In this document: piece by piece, positions 55,955 to 64,000 of the stretch | Numbering within the stretch: position 1 is the first letter of the stretch | How the letters are laid out: every line of letters starts with the position of its first letter | Source of the DNA: a virus | Taxonomy: Duplodnaviria > Caudoviricetes | DNA length: 64,000 nucleotides | Reading direction: 5' to 3' (one strand) | Virus record (IMG/VR): IMGVR_UViG_2061766007_002263 | Position numbers and translations under genes: made by a program | Notes under the pieces: generated by a model | Databases searched by the model: none | Seen by the model: the letters and a program-made list of their open reading frames with translations, nothing else | What the model was told of the DNA's origin: nothing

Positions 55955-56008
55955 GGAACAGTAACTAATTTTTTGTATCTTGTATAAAGATACCCTGGAG
56001 GTTTTTGA

Positions 56009-56503
56009 ATGAAATTAATCAGAGACATTTCTATCGTATGCATGGCATTGATATTCCTTTTCAGTATGTTTTATATAAACGGACTGGACACGGGGGAATA
56101 CATTCTTGTCAGTTCGTTTATGGCGTTTGGTATTTTGTACGTGGTATCAAAGCATATGATTGAGCGTCCCAAGAAGACGCCTGTTGGACCCGGCGGCGAG
56201 AAGGTAGGGGCGATATATGGCGAGACTCCCGTACTTACGGAGGAGCAGGTTCTGGTTGAAGGCTTTATGAACGACGTGCTTGATTACTGCGCCAGTAAAG
56301 GAATGAACTGTACTATAACGAACGAGCCTGACGGACTTTGGATAGTCCGTGTTGACGACGATTCCGGCATGTTTGACAAGCTCATAAACCTTACGATGCC
56401 GGATGAGAAAAGCGTAACGAAAGATAACATTAAGGGCATACTCAAGAGGGTATGTGACGAGATAGATGTAAAGCTTAACGAGCTTGACAAAAAAAGTAAA
56501 TAA
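56009..56503 (+). CDS. two-TM membrane protein
   Basis: Two hydrophobic segments in the first 50 aa; GGAGG RBS. Confidence 0.7.
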   Translation: MKLIRDISIVCMALIFLFSMFYINGLDTGEYILVSSFMAFGILYVVSKHMIERPKKTPVGPGGEKVGAIYGETPVLTEEQVLVEGFMNDVLDYCASKGMNCTITNEPDGLWIVRVDDDSGMFDKLINLTMPDEKSVTKDNIKGILKRVCDEIDVKLNELDKKSK

Positions 56504-56530
56504 TTTTCTTGGAGGAAAAACAATAGCATT

Positions 56531-57325
56531 ATGTCAAAGAAACTTGTAATCAAAGACGTAGAATTTGGTAAGGTTCCGTATGGATATGGAAATGGCATGT
56601 CGTCAATCGCCATTTATTTCGACGAAGAGGAAGGCGAGTATACCTACAAGGCACCGGAAGTCGAGGGAAAGACTTTCGTTGAGGAAGAGATTGTGGCTCA
56701 TGGTCTCGTGATGGACTTGATGGACAAGCTCAAGGATAAAGGCATCGAGGACAAGTGGAGCGAGGTTCTTCTCGCGCGTAACTGGGTATACTTTGTCGGC
56801 GCATGTCTTGCTTCACCGGAGCATCGCAAATTTTCGGCTCCGTTCCTTGAGTTCATCGATAAACTCGCGCTTGATATCCAGGTCAAGGTAATCAAAGACC
56901 GCGTTCTTCCGGAAGGCGGCGACGACGATAAGGTTAAGGCTGAGATTATGAAACGCTTGCAGTCACCTCTTACGGCGTTTGTATGTGAGCCGAAGTATTT
57001 TACCGGCAAGGACGATTTCTATCAGAGGTTCCGTACCATACTCTGTAAATACCCTCTGGGCGAGAAGGACGAGTTCAACCAGATGGCATGCGTTGAAATC
57101 GGAAACCATAATTTCTCTACCGTAGTGTTCGACGTAAAGGATTTCAAGAAAGAAAAGGAAACCATCGAGAAACGGTACATAGACATCGGCGCGGTTACTG
57201 TAAGCGATGACCGTGTTTACATGATTGACCATACCGGCGATGCAGACCTTGCGAAATATGCTATCGGAAAGGGCTATCGCCTTAACCGTGCGTTGGACTA
57301 CGAAGGACTTGTATTGAAGTTCTAG
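56531..57325 (+). CDS. hypothetical protein, possibly a degenerate QueE/radical-SAM-fold protein
   Basis: 264 aa; termini resemble QueE but no CxxxCxxC. Confidence 0.6.
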   Translation: MSKKLVIKDVEFGKVPYGYGNGMSSIAIYFDEEEGEYTYKAPEVEGKTFVEEEIVAHGLVMDLMDKLKDKGIEDKWSEVLLARNWVYFVGACLASPEHRKFSAPFLEFIDKLALDIQVKVIKDRVLPEGGDDDKVKAEIMKRLQSPLTAFVCEPKYFTGKDDFYQRFRTILCKYPLGEKDEFNQMACVEIGNHNFSTVVFDVKDFKKEKETIEKRYIDIGAVTVSDDRVYMIDHTGDADLAKYAIGKGYRLNRALDYEGLVLKF

Positions 57326-57336
57326 GATATCGAAAA

Positions 57337-57366
57337 CGGGGCTTCTTAAAGATAGGAAGCCCCGTA
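57337..57366 (+). terminator. hairpin/terminator
   Basis: ACGGGGCTTC/GAAGCCCCGT. Confidence 0.65.
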
Positions 57367-57373
57367 ATTTTAA

Positions 57374-57631
57374 GTGGGGATTCTGAGATTGGCTGATAAG
57401 CTCAAGATAGGTGACATATGTTTGGTCGAGAACAATTCCGTTGATTCATTGGTATTCTGGAAGCAGATGTCCAGGCGGTTTCCTTATCTGCTTTGTCCAT
57501 GCAGCATAAAGTCAACTACGAGGCTTGTTGTGGCGGAGCTTCTTGGCAGCTCAAGCGTCCTTGTGCAGCTACAGTCAGACCCAAAAAAACTCTCCGTTTT
57601 CCGTAACAAAGACCTTAAAATAGTACACTAA
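57374..57631 (+). CDS. hypothetical protein
   Basis: 85 aa, start uncertain. Confidence 0.5.
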   Translation: MGILRLADKLKIGDICLVENNSVDSLVFWKQMSRRFPYLLCPCSIKSTTRLVVAELLGSSSVLVQLQSDPKKLSVFRNKDLKIVH

Positions 57632-57638
57632 ATATTTT

Positions 57639-59351
57639 ATGGGATACGACTCCAAATCAATTCTAAGCGACATACATAAATCCGACCCTTTGCCGTCTAA
57701 AGGCAAAATAACGAAACTCTCCAAAACAAACAACATCAACAAATCCTTGGATGCCGCGTTGTCACCGGAAGAAAGGGATGCCGCGTTGCTGCTTTATAGT
57801 ATCATAACTAAGGTATTCGGCGTTGACTGTAAGAAGCCTTTCTATGACCCTGAGAAAGATGCTATGAAATCCGACGCTCTCAAGTCTTTGTCTGAGGCTG
57901 AGGAATCAGGAAGCTTCACGTCCATTGATTTGATGTACGTCAAGATTTCGTCACAGTTCATTAAGGATTATGACGATTTGGATTATGTATATGCCAATAA
58001 GCTCCTGCAATTTTATGGGTATGATTTAGACGGACTGTATAAAAACCTGGGAATAGTTCCTAACCGAGAGCTTAAAACCAGCGCGTCTATGACCAAAGCA
58101 TATCTTACCGATACCAAAGGCAAGATGAGGTTCATACGTTCGGCGAACCACATGATGCAGGTAAAGGAGAAAAAAACCGGCGATTATTATTTCAACGGAT
58201 TCGGTAAAGACGGCAAGTTAGGTTTGTCCAAGCTCTTTGAAAGTTTCAGTAAAGTTTTTTCGGAAGTAGTGGAGAACTTTTTGAAAGAGCCGTTTAACGA
58301 CGACGTAAAGACAGGCGTAGACCCGTATGTTATAAATGCGTTCGTAGGACTCCTTAACAAAAGCATAAAATTAAATGGCAGAAGTTTTGCCCTCCGGCCT
58401 ATAGCCATACCGAAAGACAAGCAGATTCCTGAGAAAGAAAAATCTTTGTCTAAAAGCAATGTCATGTTGGACAAGTTCGCGCAGACTAAAGTTGGTAAGT
58501 TCTTGACAAACCTGGTGCAAAAAACTATGTACGGCTCGGCGTTGTCACAAGTGGCGAGAAAACTTACCGAGGCTCTTGAGATAAATGATAATATATTGAG
58601 AGCAATATCCGAGGAACATCCTGAGCTGGCCGGCAAAACGCTCAAGGATTTGGAGAATGATTGGAAGACTCCTCATTGCAGGGACATGGACACGAGGGAT
58701 AACAAAGTTCTCCTTGATTTCAGCAACAAAGTAAAAAATGGTGACGATTTTAAGAAATATTGGGATAATACCGAAAACATAAATGAGCTTTTGGACTCGA
58801 TAAGCCGTCAGCTTTATTACACTACTAACAAAAAGCTGTACCTTTATACATGGGACAAGAACCAGAACTGGTTGTGCTTGAAGAACGACGATAAATACAG
58901 TGAATACGTGAGCGACGTTGAGTATGACAACCGTATGAAAGACGAGGCGGATATGGAGGCGTTCGAAAGCAACAGACGCGCTTCCGGTATAGACGATTTG
59001 ATTTATGAGTACAATAACGCGCATTATGGCGATACTGCCGGAAATCAGTTCGAGCTTGAGCATCCGTCCTTGAAGGACATTAATGAGCTGTCACGTGTCG
59101 TGGATGTAATAGCATCGGCCGCACCGTTCAAGCAGATTAAGCTCAGCGACGAGCTTGGGGTCTGTATACCGGACCGTAATGACATAGAGACTTTCAAGGG
59201 ATTCCAGACGGAGCTTAAAGGGAACTTTCCGGAGGCATGCAGGAACGAAGTGTATGAGTCATTGAGAAAATTGCTTTCAAGAAGCAATGCTGTCGAGAGC
59301 ATAACGAGTGTGGCGGAGCGTATGAGGGAGCTTTTAGAAAAAAGTTGTTAA
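57639..59351 (+). CDS. hypothetical late protein, probable internal head protein
   Basis: 570 aa; late motif 4 nt before ATG; many (L/V/F)xE-(S/A) sites. Confidence 0.7.
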   Translation: MGYDSKSILSDIHKSDPLPSKGKITKLSKTNNINKSLDAALSPEERDAALLLYSIITKVFGVDCKKPFYDPEKDAMKSDALKSLSEAEESGSFTSIDLMYVKISSQFIKDYDDLDYVYANKLLQFYGYDLDGLYKNLGIVPNRELKTSASMTKAYLTDTKGKMRFIRSANHMMQVKEKKTGDYYFNGFGKDGKLGLSKLFESFSKVFSEVVENFLKEPFNDDVKTGVDPYVINAFVGLLNKSIKLNGRSFALRPIAIPKDKQIPEKEKSLSKSNVMLDKFAQTKVGKFLTNLVQKTMYGSALSQVARKLTEALEINDNILRAISEEHPELAGKTLKDLENDWKTPHCRDMDTRDNKVLLDFSNKVKNGDDFKKYWDNTENINELLDSISRQLYYTTNKKLYLYTWDKNQNWLCLKNDDKYSEYVSDVEYDNRMKDEADMEAFESNRRASGIDDLIYEYNNAHYGDTAGNQFELEHPSLKDINELSRVVDVIASAAPFKQIKLSDELGVCIPDRNDIETFKGFQTELKGNFPEACRNEVYESLRKLLSRSNAVESITSVAERMRELLEKSC

Positions 59352-59417
59352 TATTATATCAATGATTCGGAGTTTCCGATAATATAAAATATCTTTTAAA
59401 AAAACAGAGGACATCGA

Positions 59418-59726
59418 ATGACGATAAAGTATGGCTTTCTGCCTTATGACGAGGCAAAGAAACCCAAGGAAACTGAAGTTCCCAAGAAGCTTTTCGACTT
59501 TAATGTAAAGAATCCTGAGACTGCTGATGCTCGTTCACTTGCTCAATCTCTTTCGGAGGACGTGTACGAGAACCTTGCCGGCAAGACCAAGTTTCGCTTC
59601 TACATTACGGACGACAATGGTTCGAGTCTTGTCTATCAGGTTAATTTCGATACGGAGCCGCGTGACTTCTTCGAATCCGAGATAGAGGACGATATCAGGA
59701 CGCTTCTGGGCAAGACGAAGTATTAA
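59418..59726 (+). CDS. hypothetical protein
   Basis: 102 aa, GAGG RBS. Confidence 0.7.
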   Translation: MTIKYGFLPYDEAKKPKETEVPKKLFDFNVKNPETADARSLAQSLSEDVYENLAGKTKFRFYITDDNGSSLVYQVNFDTEPRDFFESEIEDDIRTLLGKTKY

Positions 59727-59855
59727 AAAGAAAAAATAGTTCTGCAATGTCTGTCAGACATTACGGACGTTTTGAAAAAATGGAAACATAGTTTTCCAAA
59801 AGAAATTGAAGTGTCGTAAGTACACGAGAAACAAAAGGAGAAAAAACTTAAAACA

Positions 59856-61232
59856 ATGGCTTACACAATTACAGAAGATGACGAATTCGCTGAATTCGCG
59901 AAACGTGCGGAAGAAGAGGCTAACAACTCTGGCTCAAAGGGAAGTTTTTCCAAAAGCTATGACCCCATTAAATGGGTAGGTCTTGAGTCGAAGGCGAAGA
60001 TTTTCCGTATTGTTGGTGGTGCTCCTGCTTCCATGAAGCCCGGCTCACATTCTAAACCAACGGACGCACATGAGATTTTCGTATCAAGAATTCTTGATGA
60101 TAACGGAAATAGGATGAAGCTCAAGCTTCCACTTCATGCTGAAGACCCTGCTCATGAGCATATCATGTGGCGTATCATAAATAAAGTCAATGAGGTTCTT
60201 TGGGTAAAAGACCCGGTAACAGGTAAATCCGATAAGAAGTACAAGTATGCTGACAGACCTTGGTTTGAGAAAGTTAACAAAGGCGGATACGCTCCTACAG
60301 ACCAGGCATATCAGTATTCAAAAGGCTGGAAAGGTCAGCAGGTCATCATAATGAACGTTATTGACCGTGAGGACAATTGGTGTAAGGAAAACAAGCATAC
60401 AAAGCTTCTTTCCAAGAAAATCAATGTCAGTACAGACGGCACAGAATACCCAGAGGACGGAGTTCCGTCATTTGGATTCTGCAATGAGCTTTCCAAGATT
60501 GTAACTACATACGGTTCATGGGAAAGATACGACGTTCAGATTCGCCGTACTGGTCAGAAGACTTCACCTATCGAAGTAAAGGCCGCATCTATTTTCAAGA
60601 AAAGCGGACTCATCGTTGAGATTGACAAGGACAAGGCAAAATATGTTCTTGATAATGATACTCTTACTCCTGAGGAACTTGAGTACGAGAGATATGATAT
60701 CTCGAAGTTCTTTGCTCCGACAACTTACCAGAAGATTCTGAGCAAGCTCGGAAATACTATCAAGGGTATTGACGCAGACCTTCGTACAAATTTCTATAAT
60801 GAGCTTCAGGCTCTGGCTGAAAAGGAAAAGAAAGAGTTCGACGAGATTTACGGAAATACTGCGGAAACGGCAGATGAAGGGGCTCAGGCTACGGACGTTC
60901 CTGTAGCTCAGGTTACGGCTGCTCCGGTTGCCGAAACGCCGGTTGCGTCAAGAACTGTCGTTCGTGAAGCGGCTCCTGCAAGAGCCACAGGTCTTACGTC
61001 AGATAAGATTGCCCTTCTTAAGGGATGGAATGCTCTTACTGACGAGGAAAAAGCGGCTATCGTGGACGTAGTAAAAAATCCTGACGGTACTCTTAACGAG
61101 GTTATTTATCGTGAAGGCGAAACTACGGTAACATGTCCTACTACACAGCCACTCAAGAGCGGCAACCTTGGATGTGGATTTCCTTCACCAGAATGGTTCA
61201 CAAGATGTCCTGTCTGTGGTGAGGAATACTAG
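59856..61232 (+). CDS. single-stranded DNA-binding protein (T4 gp32-like) with C-terminal Zn ribbon
   Basis: FRIV, IIMNVIDRED, YDVQIRRTG core; A/P/T linker; terminal CP...C...CPVCG; highly biased codons. Confidence 0.6.
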   Translation: MAYTITEDDEFAEFAKRAEEEANNSGSKGSFSKSYDPIKWVGLESKAKIFRIVGGAPASMKPGSHSKPTDAHEIFVSRILDDNGNRMKLKLPLHAEDPAHEHIMWRIINKVNEVLWVKDPVTGKSDKKYKYADRPWFEKVNKGGYAPTDQAYQYSKGWKGQQVIIMNVIDREDNWCKENKHTKLLSKKINVSTDGTEYPEDGVPSFGFCNELSKIVTTYGSWERYDVQIRRTGQKTSPIEVKAASIFKKSGLIVEIDKDKAKYVLDNDTLTPEELEYERYDISKFFAPTTYQKILSKLGNTIKGIDADLRTNFYNELQALAEKEKKEFDEIYGNTAETADEGAQATDVPVAQVTAAPVAETPVASRTVVREAAPARATGLTSDKIALLKGWNALTDEEKAAIVDVVKNPDGTLNEVIYREGETTVTCPTTQPLKSGNLGCGFPSPEWFTRCPVCGEEY

Positions 61233-61288
61233 TCAGTTCTAATGCCCTAATTTTCAGACATTGCAAGGGGCATTAAGTACTATACATT

Positions 61289-61318
61289 GGCGGCTCCATT
61301 TGGAGCCGTCTTTTTTTT
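61289..61318 (+). terminator. intrinsic terminator
   Basis: GGCGGCTCCA/TGGAGCCGTC plus T8. Confidence 0.8.
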
Positions 61319-61339
61319 GTAGCAGGTTAATATTTATAT

Positions 61340-61759
61340 ATGAAAAATAATGATATGTACATTTCTAATATTGGCGAGGGGGTGGAGAGTTCGCTCGTCG
61401 CGGTAAGAAGTACCGAGATTAAGGAAATGGTTGAGATTTCAATACAGAATAGTAAAAAAATCACCACAGAATCTCCGATTTGTTTAATATCATCAGACAA
61501 GGATTTCAAACGATTTTTGAATAAACTCCAGAAAGAAATATCTTCTCATTCTACTCCGGAATTATATACAGTAGCAACATTGTATTGTTTGTCTGGTTGT
61601 GAAATTCTGAGGGTAATAAAAGTAGATAATGACAGCTTTGATGTCTTGATGTACTATAATTACCGTAGAAAACGAACCAGAAAATGCAAGGATTATGTGA
61701 ATTTGAGGGTGGCCGATTTGGACAAGTTTATACAGGGAACAGGAACTAAAGTCTCTTAG
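61340..61759 (+). CDS. hypothetical protein
   Basis: 139 aa ORF. Confidence 0.6.
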   Translation: MKNNDMYISNIGEGVESSLVAVRSTEIKEMVEISIQNSKKITTESPICLISSDKDFKRFLNKLQKEISSHSTPELYTVATLYCLSGCEILRVIKVDNDSFDVLMYYNYRRKRTRKCKDYVNLRVADLDKFIQGTGTKVS

Positions 61760-61830
61760 GAGAGGATGATGTTCATAAAAATTTCAAAACATAAAATGTC
61801 GTTTTTTATTTAAAAAAAACGAAAAAAAAC

Positions 61831-62781
61831 ATGAGGGAATTAATCTTGAAAGAATCTAACTACATGAAGTACTGCAAGGGAAATCTAAAAAATGCAAACA
61901 AATCTTGGGCAAACGGTAATCCGCTTATAATGCCTAGAATGGTGAGGGGCGACATTGATGATGCCCCACCAAGTGACCCGGCATGGCTTGGATGGAATAT
62001 CCGCCGTCAAGGAAGTCATATTTATTTTTATGAGGAAATCAATTGTGTTACTCAGTTAATTCTTGAGGTAATGCTAAGGGATGCGGTCAAGGATGTTCTT
62101 ACGTCGCATGTAATTTCCGGTGGTGATACGCCGGAGCCGGTAACTATTCATGTCAATTCGCCGGGTGGAGAGATGTTCAGTGGTTTTGCGTTGTATGATT
62201 ACATCAAGACAAGTCAGATTCCGATAGTCTGTCTTGTGGAAGGGCTATGTGCGTCCGCCGCGACGCTTATTATGCTCGCATGTCAGCATCGTATCATGTC
62301 ACCGAATAGTTCGTTTCTTATGCATCAGTGCTCATGGGGGGCATACGGCGATAACCGCCTTATGCAGGATTTGGCTGGGAATGCCAATAAAGACATGAAA
62401 CGCCTTCGTAAAATTTATATGACAGAAACAAAAATCGGAAGCGAGTTTACAGACCCTGTTGAGCGCGAGAAATATGTCCAGCATCTTTTGGAACATGATT
62501 TTGAATTTGATGCGGAAGAATGCGAGAAGTTTGGAATTTGTACGCCTTGCGAGGATGACGACGGAGATGTTGAGCTTTCCGAAGAGCGCGTAAAGAAGCT
62601 TCAGGATTTCATAAAGAAACTTGCCGAAGAACAGCAGAAAGAGAACGATAAAAAAGAGTCCGAAGAAAAAGCTAAAGCGGAAAAAGCCGCCAAAAAAGAA
62701 AATAAGCTTACGAAAAAAATCTCGGAAAAAGCCGCCAAGGTTGAAAAGAAAGAAAAGGCAGATAAGAAGAAAAAGGAATAA
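61831..62781 (+). CDS. clpP: ClpP-family (S14) protease with charged C-terminal tail
   Basis: IHVNSPGG, GLCASAAT, NSSFLMHQ. Confidence 0.85.
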   Translation: MRELILKESNYMKYCKGNLKNANKSWANGNPLIMPRMVRGDIDDAPPSDPAWLGWNIRRQGSHIYFYEEINCVTQLILEVMLRDAVKDVLTSHVISGGDTPEPVTIHVNSPGGEMFSGFALYDYIKTSQIPIVCLVEGLCASAATLIMLACQHRIMSPNSSFLMHQCSWGAYGDNRLMQDLAGNANKDMKRLRKIYMTETKIGSEFTDPVEREKYVQHLLEHDFEFDAEECEKFGICTPCEDDDGDVELSEERVKKLQDFIKKLAEEQQKENDKKESEEKAKAEKAAKKENKLTKKISEKAAKVEKKEKADKKKKE

Positions 62782-62799
62782 TATAAATTTATGTTTATA

Positions 62800-62828
62800 A
62801 AAAAAGCCAGTCAAAGACTGGCTTTTTT
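62800..62828. terminator. bidirectional terminator
   Basis: AAAAAAGCCAGTC-AAA-GACTGGCTTTTTT. Confidence 0.8.
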
Positions 62829-62830
62829 AG

Positions 62831-63787
62831 TTATGAAATAGTTCCGAAATGAAACTTCTGTTTGGAGCTGGGGTTGCGCCCTAAAGTCGTTTCTATAAGT
62901 GTGTTGTAGCTTGGGTTGTCTGGATGGTACTGTATGTATTTTGTAACGTCGTCACAACGGCACTTTATGAGCCGCAGATTGTTTTTGAAGGCATCAAGCG
63001 CGTCGTCGGAAACAGAAATAAGCGTCAGGATATCCTCTATATGAGATTTTTCTGTTTTTTCCATGAGCTCAAGCTTCTTTGAGTTGTTCATAACGTCATA
63101 CACTTGTTCCAGTGTTGTGTTGGCTTTAGAAAGCTCTTTTATCAACGCTTTTATGAACTTTGTGGAATCTTTGTAGATTCGATTTTTAATTGTAAGTACT
63201 GGTTCTATGCAATCCGCGGGGTCGCCGAATATGGCTTTGTCAAGTGTGATTGCGGTTACTGTAGGAAAATATCCTTTTTCCTCGAAGAATGCATTCCTTG
63301 TATATGGATTGTCAAATCCTTCATTTATCATATGAACTCTGTCCGAAATGTATCTTGCCCAGTCCATGTCATTCGAAACTAAAGCTATCATTCCGGTACT
63401 CTCAAGATTTACCAATCCTTCTACAAAATCATCAGCCTCCATATGATTTGAGATTACAATTCTGTAATCCGGTCCTCGATACGTATAATACTTTTTCAGC
63501 AGTTTAAGTGCTTCCAATATGATTGGCTCATGCGTTCTGTTGGATTTGTAGTCCTTGCTTATTTTTTTGCGGTCTGTGCTGAACTTGAAGTTTTTGGACA
63601 TACCGAGGTCACTTTTTGGCAAGGGGTCAAAAGCAAGATAAATCTTTCCGTCTGGTTCAAGCCGTTGCTTAATTTCTTCCTCGATAAAGTCTATGACATT
63701 GTTCGCTATCCTTTTTGAGTCAAAAAGATTCGCTCTTTTTTTATACGTCAGATTGAACATGTCAATTATAAACGTCTTATAAGTCAA
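62831..63787 (-). CDS. 5'-3' exonuclease/flap endonuclease (T4 RNase H-like)
   Basis: IIDMFN, AFD, YKSNR, EADD, SNDMDW, GDPAD. Confidence 0.85.
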   Translation of the reverse strand: MTYKTFIIDMFNLTYKKRANLFDSKRIANNVIDFIEEEIKQRLEPDGKIYLAFDPLPKSDLGMSKNFKFSTDRKKISKDYKSNRTHEPIILEALKLLKKYYTYRGPDYRIVISNHMEADDFVEGLVNLESTGMIALVSNDMDWARYISDRVHMINEGFDNPYTRNAFFEEKGYFPTVTAITLDKAIFGDPADCIEPVLTIKNRIYKDSTKFIKALIKELSKANTTLEQVYDVMNNSKKLELMEKTEKSHIEDILTLISVSDDALDAFKNNLRLIKCRCDDVTKYIQYHPDNPSYNTLIETTLGRNPSSKQKFHFGTIS

Positions 63788-63861
63788 TTGTAAAAATACC
63801 TCCGGGTTTTTCTTGTAAAAAAAATATTAAAAAATCACTAAATTTTTGTATAGTATTTTTG

Positions 63862-64000
63862 CTATTCAACCATTCTTTTAAGCGTTCTATAGCATCCAGG
63901 ATTATTCTTGTCTTCGATGATTCTTACGGCTTTGTTTTTTCTCGCCTCGTCAAGCTGTTCCAGTGAAACTATGCTGCCATCAAGCGTTATAACTACTTTA
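63862..64000 (-). CDS. hypothetical protein, C-terminal part only
   Basis: Open frame ...VITLDGSIVSLEQLDEARKNKAVRIIEDKNNPGCYRTLKRMVE* from the window edge. Confidence 0.55.
   Translation of the reverse strand, partial: KVVITLDGSIVSLEQLDEARKNKAVRIIEDKNNPGCYRTLKRMVE

Larger units (their letters stand above)
9028..57634. promoter_or_regulatory. dispersed late-type promoter motif (C)ACTAAWTA
   Basis: Plus: 9028, 48853, 55964, 57626. Minus: 16027, 19723, 22243, 23173, 27408, 32372, 32438, 37424, 37499, 39449, 42718, 48380, 52738. Found upstream of capsid, portal, protease, sheath and others. Confidence 0.7.

Overview
A 64-kb segment of a large, T4-like-architecture (myovirus/jumbo-type) dsDNA phage read in the standard code. 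It probably infects an anaerobe, since it carries class III RNR, and there are weak hints of a spirochaete host. 1-14 kb: about 25 small, mostly unknown early-type genes, nearly each preceded by a strictly spaced non-canonical promoter motif AGGATA-N15-TATAAT (18 copies) and often a terminator hairpin. This region also holds a truncated ComM/YifB ATPase and a tnpB-only IS200/IS605 element that appears to have inserted silently in a stop codon. 14-37 kb: virion module (prohead protease-scaffold fusion, portal, major capsid, tail sheath, probable internal head proteins) marked by a second motif (C)ACTAAWTA. It is interspersed with bS21, a DUF2829/Tad2-like protein, a Hef-like nuclease, an NDT-phosphoesterase fusion and a half-MTase/nuclease pair. 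37-64 kb: nrdG, a free-standing endonuclease, and an nrdD that is split into two genes and also interrupted by two ORF-less group I introns. This part also encodes Rad50/gp46, Nudix, PD-(D/E)XK nucleases, a ColE2-plasmid-type replicase, an SNF2 helicase, a gp32-like SSB, ClpP and a 5'-3' exonuclease. No tRNA or CRISPR array was seen. All family assignments come from motif recognition by eye; no database search was run.
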